Source: Takakia lepidozioides
Taxonomy: Eukaryota; Plantae; Bryophyta
Length of the DNA: 64,000 nt
Reading direction: 5' to 3'
NCBI GenBank assembly: GCA_030704615.1
Contig: CM060733.1
Span: 71,052,001 to 71,116,000, forward strand
Part shown: piece by piece, positions 42,205 to 52,780 of the stretch
Numbering within the stretch: position 1 is the stretch's first letter
Layout: every line of letters begins with the position of its first letter
The notes under the pieces: model-generated
The model's database searches: none
What the model saw: the letters and a program-made list of their open reading frames with translations, nothing else
Told to the model about the DNA's origin: nothing
Translations under genes and position numbers: made by a program

Positions 42205-42560
42205 CCTGAACGTCCGGAAACTTGAATAACAAGTGCAGATCTGCTGGGGGCCGGACCACAACCCCTTAAGAGATTCCAAAGCTCTGAAGGCCACCAATGT
42301 TGATCACACTAGTTATTAGAAATATGTCAAGCCATAGCACACCACAAATGGAGGAATTGGCAAGAAGATAGGCCCATCAAAGTAGCTGAATGTCTGGAAA
42401 CTTGAACAATAAGTGCAGCTATATTGGGGGCCAGACCACAACCCTTTGAAAATCTTTATGGCTCTGAAGGCTAGCATATCTTCATCACCCTACTTGCTAT
42501 AAATCCACCAAGCCATAGCACACCCAAATTGGAGAAATTGGCATGAAGATAGGGCACAGC
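42205..42560. repeat. Two diverged tandem copies of a ~180-bp unit
   Basis: CTGAA.GTC.GGAAACTTGAA...GGGGGCC.GACCACAACCC...CAAGCCATAGCACACC...GAAGATAGG repeated at ~42206 and ~42386. Confidence 0.7.
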
Positions 42561-42569
42561 TGAAATGAA

Positions 42570-43895
42570 CGTGACTCGGTCTGGCTTCACCCCCTGCTGA
42601 TGTGCATTTGCTCACAGGTTTCCAAAGCCTCTATCCCCCATATCCATGTTGTGCATGTCCTGCAATCATAACACTCCAGAACACCACATCTCTTCTTTTG
42701 CATCCAGAGGCCAAGCCTTCCTTAGGCCTCTCTTAGTCTCCTCAGCGCTTGGCACGCATCCTTTAGCATACATGTTCACTAAAGTATTCTCCAAATTAAT
42801 ATATGACCCAGTTCCAGTTTTGATAATGTCAACATGAACCCTTTTGCCCTTTTCCAGGGCACATGCATTGAGAATGCAAATGAAGGTGACCAAATCAGGG
42901 GTCACCCCTGCCTGTAGCATTTGCTCATAGATCTCAAAAGCTTCCTTACCAAACCCATGCTGAGCATATCCTGCAATCATCGCACTCCAGAACAAATCCC
43001 ATCTTCAAAGTGGTGAAAGCGGTTAGCGTCCCACAAAAATTGCTCGGCCAACAATCTTTGAGATGAATTTGGTGGAGGTGTGGCAGTCACCACACACTCG
43101 AAGATTCTTGATGAGACGGAGAGGCGTCCTAGGGGTCATGCTGATCAGCCCAAAACCATTGGCCAGCTTCTCACTGTGGTGGCAAAGAGAAAACTCCTTT
43201 TCCTCCTCCCCCATTTCGTAATACAAAGCGCGTGTCAGGCACATACCCCGCCTCCTTCATCTACCCAGACAATCTTCTCAGCTCAGCATGAATTTCCTTA
43301 ATTCTGGGATGCAACTTGTCATCTACAATGAAGGTGTGCACCCTGTTGCCAACCTCAATGCAGCAGCGACCTGGCTCCTGGCTCCTTTCTAACCCCTTTG
43401 ACCTTGATCATTCTTCTCACCTTTATAGTATCATCCCACCTGCCAGCTGCGGCATAGATGTTTGATAGCAACACATAAGTCGCGCCATCCTGTTCATCCC
43501 ACTAGAGGATAGATGTTGCCGCACATTCAACCATCTCCACATTGCCGTGGATTCTGCAGGCACCAAGCAAGGCCTTCCACACCACAACATCTGGATTTCA
43601 GTAGGCCAGTGTGGCTGCATGCAGAGAGAACACATATAAAGGTGATACTGTCCGGGTTCAAGCCTTTCTTTTGTATTCCTTCAAATAGTTGCTGGACCTC
43701 CCTATGACAACCATGCTGGGCATATCCTGCGATCATCGCATTCCACGACACCACATTTCATTCAGCCATATTGTCAAATACTCACTTTGCATCCTCACTG
43801 CACCCACATTTCACATACATGTCCACCAGGGCAGCGTCCAAAATGACATTTGGTACAGTTCCAGCTTTGATGATGTCACCATGGCGCACCTCTTT
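42570..43895 (-). pseudogene. PLS-PPR + E + DYW (PG-type) RNA-editing-factor pseudogene, joined to further PPR fragments
   Basis: WNAMIAGYAQHG, VLSACSHTGL, WKALLGACRIHGN, PG box [46 protein letters not shown]. Frameshifted, and the terminal CxDYW is missing. Confidence 0.88.
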
Positions 43896-43934
43896 GTTGG
43901 AACGCCACGGAACGCCATGCATCCATGCCTCCAT

Positions 43935-44460
43935 GTAATATAGCACGATTGTCACCTTCTAGACCCCCAATTTCAACACTCAAAGCCATTCTATCAATAT
44001 ATTCTTGGAAAGTATGGACGCCATGTAATTCAAAAAGGATTTCTGGAGAAAAATGTATTTGAACCATCTCCAATATATCGTTATTTGAGGTTTGATAATT
44101 CTGTAAGAAATAAGGCATGATTTGTTGTCGCAACTCTTTGGATGCATACGCATACTCCAATAAAAATGCAATAGAGTCGAACAAACAATCACCGACGACA
44201 TATGGATAATTTTTTACTCGTTCGAGATTTTTAGAATCCAAGACAAAATCTATATCGGTAGGTTCTGCTCTTGTTTGATCTTTGATGGCCCTTCTAGTTC
44301 GGTGCTGCCACATTTCGCTTGCATTGTCTTTTCTTTGTCTCAAGCTCTCTCTGAGCTTTGTGTGGACATTATAAAGTTTCTCATGCAGCAATCTGCATGA
44401 GTTGTTACATCTTGGTGAGTACTGAGAATCCACGAGTGTTGTAAGATGCTCCACCTTCAG
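43935..44460 (-). pseudogene. OTU-like cysteine protease fragment (possibly Helitron- or TE-derived)
   Basis: VVGDCLFDSIAFLL...KELRQQIMPY...FQEYIDRM...GGLEGD matches the OTU Cys-loop and EY..M..WG pattern. AT-rich and intronless, unlike its flanks. Confidence 0.55.
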
Positions 44461-44496
44461 TCTTGTCCATTCAAGCCAGGCTTGCAAACGCACACA

Positions 44497-44690
44497 AACG
44501 TCTCTACCAATCCACTAGCAAAGTCCTGGTCAATGGCCATCTCTTCACTCCTTTTTCTCTCCACAGGTCAATTAGACAAGGATGCCCGTTGTCTCCCTTA
44601 TTTTTCTTGTTTTTGGCTGACACCCTAGGTTACCTGCTGGACTCTGAAGCTTCGGTGCAAGGCCTCAGAATAAAAAAACCCTAGGACTGG
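44497..44690 (+). mobile_element. L1-clade LINE RT fragment
   Basis: SKVLVNGHLFTPFSLHRSIRQGCPLSPLFFLFLADTL. Confidence 0.85.
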
Positions 44691-44809
44691 ACTCCAAATC
44701 CAAGTAAAAGATTTTTGTTGACGATACATTCTTACTATATACAGTCAGATATATCGCGATCTGTTGTAGTGCTCAGAACTAGGTTAAAGTATCATGGGCT
44801 GCCTGTAAG

Positions 44810-45400
44810 GTGTTGGGGGTGGGAAGAGGCCCATGGTGACATCGTCAAATCTGGAATTGTACCAGATGTCATTCTGAACACTGCCCAACGCGATGCTTGC
44901 AGGGTATGCACAGCAGGGGCGCGGGATGGAGGCTTTGGAGACCTATGAGCAAATATGTGCGAAGGGGTGAAGCCCGACCACATCACATTTGTGTGTGTTT
45001 GCAGTGCGTGTGCAAGCCTGGCAGCTCTGGAATAGGGCAAAGAGGTCCATGGTTGCATCGTCAAAGCTGGAATTGTACCAGATGTCATCCTGAACACTAC
45101 CCTGGTGGACATGTATGCCAAATGTGGGAGCGTTGAGGATGCGAAGGGAGTTTTCCACAGTATGGCTGAACGAGATGTGGTGTCGTGGAACGCCATGCTT
45201 GCAGGTGCAGCGGCGCGGATGGAGGCATTGGAATGATGTGCGAAGGGGTGAAGCCTGACCACATCACGTTTGTGTGCGTTTGCGTGCAAGCCTGGCAAGC
45301 TGGAAGGCAAAATGTGTTGTAATGTGATTCTGAACAACACGACATGTAAATGTGGGAGCATTGAGGATGTGGAGGGAGTGCGCGGGATGGAGGCCTGGGG
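44810..45400 (+). pseudogene. PLS-PPR fragments
   Basis: Repeated HGDIVKSGIVPDVILNT, VDMYAKCGSVEDAKGVF, DVVSWNAM motifs with deletions. Confidence 0.8.
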
Positions 45401-45409
45401 GAAGGGGTT

Positions 45410-46140
45410 TCTCAAAGTCCAGCAACCATAGGGCCAGGCCTGGCTGTTTCTGGAAGCATATGAGAAGGCTTCTTGAGCCAAAAGTATATTGTCAAGAATG
45501 TACCTTCCTTTAATAAAACCAGCCTGTCCTGTCCTGATAAGCTGAGGGAGAAGGGGCTGGATTCGAAGAGCTAGAGCTTTGGCAATTATCTTGTATGCTA
45601 CATTGAGGAGTGTGATTGGCCTGTAGTTGTTGATGCTAGCTCTGTCGCCCTTTTTGAACAAGAGTGAAATGACTCCCTGGGACATTGAAGGAGGCATTTG
45701 GCCCTGGGCTTTAATTGCATTAGCCATAGCAGCGAAGTCAACCGCAATGTGTGACCAAAGGGCTTTGTAGAACTCCACTGGCATGCCATCGATGCCAAGT
45801 GCTTTGCTATTATTCATCTTGTAAAATTGATTGAATAATGTGTACTTCTCTTAAGATTCATTTGCTCCGATCCAATCCCTCTGATGTTCCAAGTGGAGAG
45901 GTTAATCTGCATCGTAGGGAGTATTCAGGCTGAGAGGGGGATTCTCAAATGATGGCCTGTCTTGGTGGAAACTGAATTTGTTCTGTTGTTTGTGGGCGAG
46001 GGGGAGGTGACCCACTTGTGGCCCAATGGGGCTTTTGAGACCGTGTGACAGAGGTGGATTGTCATTACAAGGGTGGAGGGTAGGAGTGGGGGCATGCCTT
46101 GGTAAGGGAGCGGGTGGATTCTGGATGAAGGGATCAGGGA
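45410..46140 (-). mobile_element. L1-clade LINE ORF2 fragment (APE start fused to RT N-terminus)
   Basis: MQINLSTWNIRGIG at ~45912, then KALGIDGMPVEFYK...KKGD...NYRPITLLNVAYKIIAK...QAGFIKGRYILDNILLAQE. Confidence 0.85.
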
Positions 46141-46613
46141 GGTATTCCAACACTATGGCTGAACATTTTGTGGTGTCGTGATGCTTGCAGGGTATGCACA
46201 GCAAGGACATGGTATGGAGGCTTTGGAGACCTATGATCGAATGATGGGGGAAGGGGTGAAGCCCACTGACCACATCACATTTGTGTGCATTTGCAAGCCT
46301 GGCAGCCCTGGAAAAGGGCAAAGAGGTCCATGGTGACATTTTCAGAGCTGGATTGCACCCGATGTCATTCTGAACAATACCCTGGTGGATATGTATGCAA
46401 AATGTGGGTGCATCGAGGATGCAAAGGGAGTGTTCGACAGTATGGCTGAACAAGATATGGTGTCATGTAATGCCATGCTTGCAAGAGATGCACAGCAGGG
46501 GCGCGGGATGGAGGCCTTGGAGACCTATGAGCAAATGATGGGGGAAGGGGTGAAGTGTAACAAGATCACGTTTGTGTGTATTTGCAATGCTTGTGCAAGC
46601 CTGGCAGCCCTGG
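46140..46613 (+). pseudogene. PLS-PPR fragments
   Basis: DMYAKCGCIEDAKGVFDSMAEQDMVSCNAML...ITFVCICNACASLAAL. Confidence 0.8.
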
Positions 46614-46669
46614 TTTCCAGGGCTGCCAGGCTTGCACACACACTGCAAATGCAAACAAACGTGTCTTTA

Positions 46670-49155
46670 GTTGACCATCTACCCATGCAGGTTTCTTGTA
46701 GCTATTGATCCACAGGGAATCATAGGTAATCTGGAGCTTGTCCGGTCCCCTTGGATGAATCTGGACCCACTGAATCCTGCATGAAATGGAGCAAGTCGAA
46801 GGATAAACACATTGAGATGTATCTACAGATACAACACGGTTATTGGGTAATCAAAGCAGAATTTCTGGAAGGACATGTTGTGTAGTGGAAGAAGAGGGTA
46901 CATGAAAGGGTGCATGACTTGCCTGCGGATGCTGCCAATGCAGGTCAATCTTCACTCCTGTTCCAAGAAGAGCTTCTTTTTCCCCACACATATGCAGCCA
47001 TCACAGCCTCCAAACTGTCGGTGGTACCCTTGCCTGCTGTATCCATGAACCTTCTGATTGATTTCTGGACAGTAGAGAAAGTAAACTTAGAACAATGGAG
47101 GCTATAAATTCCATAGTTCCTATGCTCAATTGCGCCTGCTACTCTCTTTAATCTAACAGACATTCATCTTCTTGCCTCGATTGTCCCACCATTGACTGGG
47201 GTCAGAAAAGTATTCATTCCACGGCTTCTCCTCGTCTTTGTTACCTCTTTCGGGATACTTTCTTGTTGTCACATTGGCAGTATCAATCCCACACGCATGC
47301 TGTGCATATCCTGCAATCATAGCACTCCATGATACCACATTTCGTTCAGCCATCCTGACAAACACTCCCTTTGCATCTTCAATGCTTCCGCCTTTGGCAT
47401 ACATATCAATGAGGGGATTGTTCAGAATGACATCTGGTACAATTCCAGCTTTGATGATATCACCATGGACCTCTTTGCCCTTTTCCAGGGCTGCCAGGCT
47501 TGCACACACATTGCAAATGGAAACGAATGTGACCTGGTTTGGGTTCAACCCTTCCTGAATCATTTGCTCAGAGGTCTCCAAAGCCTTCATCCTGCACCCA
47601 CGCTGAGCATATCCAGCGATCATCGCGTTCCACGAGATCACATCTCGTTCAGCCATATCGTTGAACACTCCCTTTGCATCCTCAATGCTCCCACATTTGG
47701 CATACATTTTTATAAGGGCAGTGCTCAGAATGGCATTTGGTACTATTCCAGCTTTGAAGATGTCACCATGGATCTTTTTGCCCTTCTCCAGGGTTGCCAG
47801 GCTCGCATATGCATTGCAAACACAAACAAATGTGATTTGGTTGGGCTTCACCCCTTCCTGCATCATTAGCTCATAGGTCTCCAAGGCATTCTTACCACAA
47901 CCATGCTTGCTAAGTCCTGCCATCATTATATTCCACGTGATCAAACCTTGTTCAGGCATTTTGTTGAACACTCAGTGTGCATCCACAATGCTCCCACACT
48001 TCACATACATGTTAACAAGGGTGTTGCATAGAAAAACGTTGGGCTTGAATCCACTTTGGATAATGTGAGCATGGACCTGTTTTTCGGCTTCTAGGCCTTT
48101 CATCTTGATGCACTTATGCAAGAGACAGACATAAGTACTCTTGGTTCTCCCTCGGAAGCTGTGGTCCTGATTTTATCAAATATGCCGCTGCCGCTGCCGC
48201 TGTTTCCAGTTGACCATCTACCCATGCAGGTTTCCTGTAGCTATCAATCCACAGGGAATCATGGGCACTATTGTGCCTGAAATCTGTCCCTCTTGGATGA
48301 ATCTGGACCCACACTCCATCCCTGCTCTCCTTCAGCTATCCCTTCCTCAGCACCATTAATGCATAGACCTTGCCCTTGCTGCTAGAAGCTGACAATGACA
48401 GCTGAATTTTTTTCTAGCAAAAACCCAAACCCTACTGATCACACACTAGCTCCTACTCTGAATTGGTCCCAAGACCTTAAAAATGTGCTGGGAAGAGAGA
48501 GAGAGAGAGGATGACAATTTCCAAGAAAGCTTTGTGATGCATCTTGTTGTCTACTTCTCTGTAGTTTAACAGGAATTCACCTTTTCGCCTCGATTGTCTG
48601 ACCATTGACTGGGGTCCAAGAAATATTTGTTCCAAAGCTTCTCCTCGTCTCTGTTTTCTGTTTTTGGATATTTGCCTGTTGCCCACCTTGGCAGTAACGT
48701 GTCACCATAGATCCACACAACGAGATAACTTTGCAGATGAAACATTAGGGACGATTCTGATAAGAGGACAAAGCAGGCTGAAATGTGTTGAAGAAGGTGT
48801 CCTCACCACATTGTCCTTGACCTTGTGTCATGAAGGCAGCTAGCTTTTGTTTCACCCAAGGAGGATTCAACCAACCACCAACCCAAAGGACTCTTGTGTG
48901 CGCTGTTTGTGTCTGTAGTTGGGTGATAACTGATTGGTCTCTGAGGACCACCACGGTGCAGCTGAGGAGCAATAGATTGAAGCACCGCCTGCAAAACCGA
49001 GCTGACCCTCCCAAGTACATTGTAAACAACACGGCAAAGAACAAATCATGATACTGACAGGAAGGGCCCACTTTTGCACAACGGACAAACTTCTTCACAT
49101 TGTACACTACGAAAGCTACACTTTGCCTTTACGGTTGTCCCACCATTGTAGAGAT
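46670..49155 (-). pseudogene. OSB-type PDF-motif + PLS-PPR fusion pseudogene
   Basis: WWDNRKGK (~49125-49150); PNYRHK...WVGGWLNPPWV (~48850-48925); EEKLWNKYFLDPSQWSDNRGEK|intron|IHPRGTDFRH..SLWIDSYRKPAWV (48645-48215); PPR array 48110-47290; EEKPWNEYFSDPSQWWDNRGKK|..|IHPRGPD..SLWINSYKKPAWV (47240-46670). Stops and frameshifts are present. Confidence 0.75.
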
Positions 49156-49259
49156 CTTTCAAAACTTCATGGCAGCACTGTAGACGTTTGTGCCCGAAAA
49201 TCGGACACAATCTAAACCGCTACCCATGCAGGTTTCTTGTAGGTAATCATAGGTAATCT

Positions 49260-50570
49260 GGAAAACGGCTCCTGGCAAATCACGCACATCCACAGGTACA
49301 AAGCGGCGTACAAAACCTGCGACGCAGCCTACTATTGTCCCTTCCTCTGTACTCTCCACCTTCCCACTCTTAACACGGCCCTTCCTTCTGCTACCTGTAC
49401 TTTAGGAAAAATGAATAATTAGGGCAATTCACTTTGAAATGCTTGGAGGTGGCTTGCAATGCACTTAAAGCAGGAAGAATCACCACGGCTGTTGTGAAAG
49501 GCAGACAGATGCAGCACTCATATGTAAAATAAGTTGCAAGAATAACCAACAAGTATATGTTAAGGACTCTAAAGGTGTGACAGCTGGATGCTAACTGGAA
49601 TTGAACAAATGAGAGTTTACTAAAATCATGGGAATTGAAGCCCACCAGTGCAGCAGACCATCCAAGTCTTAGTAATAATGTAAGTGCACACACATGTGGC
49701 AAGGGCTCATACTAGATGACTTCAATTGTCAAGCAAGCAGCCATAGGTAGCAATTGGAATATTTACCAGATCCAGGCTTGGGTGTCGAGAGAACATCAAC
49801 ATCGCCTTCCTTAAAGTGAAGCTGTCTCTTGGAGTCAAGTGGCATAAGGACCACATCATACCACCCTGCAATGACACAATTGTTAGCAACTATCTAAAAC
49901 TTACCATCAAAAGTTCAAGGCAAGTAGTTTTGAGATTTCACTGTTTCATTTTTAGACATGTGAAGCCAAAATCAGTATTATAGATCTCAGCCATCATTGC
50001 CACACTGGACAGGATTGCACAGGAGTTACCACAAGGAAACCAGGTAGACACCCTGGTGAGGAGCTACGCACTTTCCCTGTGCAGACCCCGAGGCTATGCA
50101 TCTAAAACAGACGACTTCTTTCAAGTAGGTCATATCCTGGGTAGCAATTATGCTTACAGGAGAACAAATAACTTGCAGCTACAGATAAGCAAATCGCTAC
50201 ACAGTATGCACATTCAAAATGGTTAGATGCATGCAAAATCTAGCATGCAGGAATCTGTGATGGAATGTCTCATGTCTAAGAATTTCCAACATGTAGGACA
50301 TAAAGATTCACTTTCACAGATCCATGGCAAAAGAAAAAGAAACTGCAGGTGCCATGTAGTGAGATTAGATGATAAACTTACCCCGCTCACGCCTGTCCAC
50401 CTTTTTAATAGAAACAGCTGCATGCACATCGGTACTACTTCCTTCCAGAAGCTCCTCCCAGACATTGTGTAAGTGGGCACGGCACTCCTCAAATAACAGT
50501 GGCTCAAAAACATGGACATATTCATCAGCTGATGCAAAGCAACCAGGAACCCCCTGCAGTTCAGAGTCCC
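49260..50570 (-). pseudogene. SEN1/UPF1-like (At4g30100-type) helicase N-terminal gene fragment with introns (exons 50570-50382, 49865-49767, ~49392-49260)
   Basis: ELQGVPGCFASADEYVHVFEPLLFEECRAHLHNVWEE...RRERGWYDVVL...FKEGDVDVLSTPKP...VAGFVRRFVPVDVRD. GT-AG introns are retained. The fragment breaks off mid-exon before the helicase core. Confidence 0.75.
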
Positions 50571-51349
50571 CTGCACATAGAGGGTGATTTGCAAAATAAT
50601 ACTATCAGCACTCATATTTAACACTGGAAAAAGAGGAGATTCAAAGTGGAGCCCCCAATCCACACTACCTCCACACATCCGAGAAAAGGTGTTGGTCTGC
50701 CAGAGGCGATGCCTCACTGATTCATGTGACTGAAGCGGGTTGAAAGCCATCTCTTAAACAATCTTGCTTCGTGATTCGAACTAGATGTCAGCTGTTTGAA
50801 AGGTTGAGGACTGATTCACTCTATCCCAAAAGCTAAAAGCCCAAACAAGGCAGCCAATGCTCTGAGAGTCAGATACCGGAGAAATGGCAGGCAGAGGAGG
50901 CCACAGCTGTCGGTGATGCAGAGACGGAAGCATATATGCTTGCGATCTCCAGTCACAAGGGGCAAAACTGGTTGGGTTTGCTCGGAAACTGCTTCAGAAC
51001 AACAAACTGTCAAGTTTTATCTAGCCGGGAAAGCACCTGGTGCCTTGCTTGCTCCATGAGATATTTTCCTGCTGGAACAGATGCATGCATGCAAGATGCA
51101 TCAATGCATGACAATCAGCCTCTGGCAGACCTATGGCCTAAAATGTCATTGACATTGTCTGATCTTTGACTGCAAATCAGACCATCATCAACTCCTTTCA
51201 AGAACAGTTCAAAAGTCTGCAACCCAAATAGGAAATAGGGCATATTTTAGGACCCAACACTAGAGATGAAATTGGACTACAGGCAGGCGAGGAGACAGGG
51301 ACATGGAACATAAGACAACATGATATCACCATATTACCAGACACCAAAG

Positions 51350-52310
51350 TCACCGTGGTCACTGTGGGCATATCCTGCGATCATCGCATTCCACGACACC
51401 ACATTTCGTTCAGTCACATTATCAAGTACTCCCTTTGCATCCTCAATGCACCGCTTCCCCCATCATTTGCTCATAGGTCTCCAAGTCCTCCATCCCACGC
51501 CCCTGCTGTGCCTATCCTGCAAGCATGGCGTTCCATGACACCAAATCTCGTTCAGCCATATTGTTGAACACTCCCCCGCATCCTCAATGCTCCCACATTT
51601 GGCATACATGTCCACGAGGGTATTGTCTAGAATCACATCTGGTACAATTCCAGCTTTGGCGATGCAACCATGCACCTCTTTGCCCTTTTCCAGGGCTGCC
51701 ACACGCACAGCAAACGCACACAAACGCGATGTGGTCGGGCTTCACCCCTTCCCCCATCATTTGCTCATAGGTCTCCAAAGCCTCCATCCCACGCCCTGCT
51801 GTGCATATCCTGAAATCATTGCACTCCACGACACCACATCTCGTTCAGCCATACTGTCGAACACTCCCTTTGCATCCTCGATGCACTCACATTTGACATA
51901 CCTGTCCAGCAGGGCAGTGTTCAGGATGACATCCGGTACAAATCCAGCTTTGACGATGTCACCATGGACCTCTTTGCACCTTTCCAGGGCTGCCAGGCTT
52001 GCACACGCATTGCAAATGCAAACAAACGTTATGCGGCACATCAATTGCTCATACGTCTCCAAAGCCTCCATCCCGCCCCTTCTTGTGCATATCCTGCAAT
52101 CATCGCACTCCACGACACCACATCTCGTTCAGCCATACTGTCGAAAACTCCCTTTGCATCCTCGATGCACTCATATTTGACATACATGTCCAGCAGGGCA
52201 GTATTCAGGATGACATCTGGTACAAATCCACTTTGACGATGTCACCATGGACCTCTTTGCTCCTTTCCAGGGCTGCCAGGCTGCCAGGCTGCCGCACGCA
52301 TTGCAAATGC
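51350..52310 (-). pseudogene. PLS-PPR fragments (tandem near-identical P-L-S triplets)
   Basis: Repeated DVVSWSAMI, ITFVCICNACASLAALE, PDVILNTAL motifs with frameshifts. Confidence 0.8.
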
Positions 52311-52780
52311 TTGCGCGTCAAGTGTTCTACAAAATGGCGGAACGAGATGTTGTATTATGGAACTCCATGATTACAGGCTACATTGGAGGTGGGTTCTCAA
52401 GGTATGTGCCAGTGTGGCAGCCCTTGAAAAGGGCAAAGAGATCCATGCTGACATTATCAAGCCAGAATTGTGTCAGATAACATTCTAGGTACTGCCTTGG
52501 TAAGCAAGTATGCCAAATACGAGAGCATAAATATTGTATGGCAAGTGTTTGACAATATGGCTGAACGGGATGTAGTCTCATGGAGTGCGATGATCGCAGG
52601 ATATGCCCAGCATGGGTGTGGTACGGAGGCTTTGGAGACCTATAAGCAAATGGTATGAGAAGGGGTGGCACCTGACCAGTCTACGTTTGTTTGCGTTGTC
52701 AATGCCTGCGCAAGCCTGATAGCCCTAGAGAAGGGCAAACAAATCCATGCTGACATAATGAAAGCTGGAATTGTTCGAGA
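52311..52780 (+). pseudogene. PLS-PPR fragments in opposite orientation
   Basis: ARQVFYKMAERDVVLWNSMITGY, VFDNMAERDVVSWSAMIAGYAQHG. Confidence 0.8.

Noticed and set aside
43000-43400. U-to-C (DYW:KP) editing domain
   Set aside because: It has a PG box and HSE motif typical of C-to-U DYW domains.
44792-45817. 341-aa RT fusion protein
   Set aside because: An L1 RT fragment reading through into antisense PPR sequence across a rearrangement junction.
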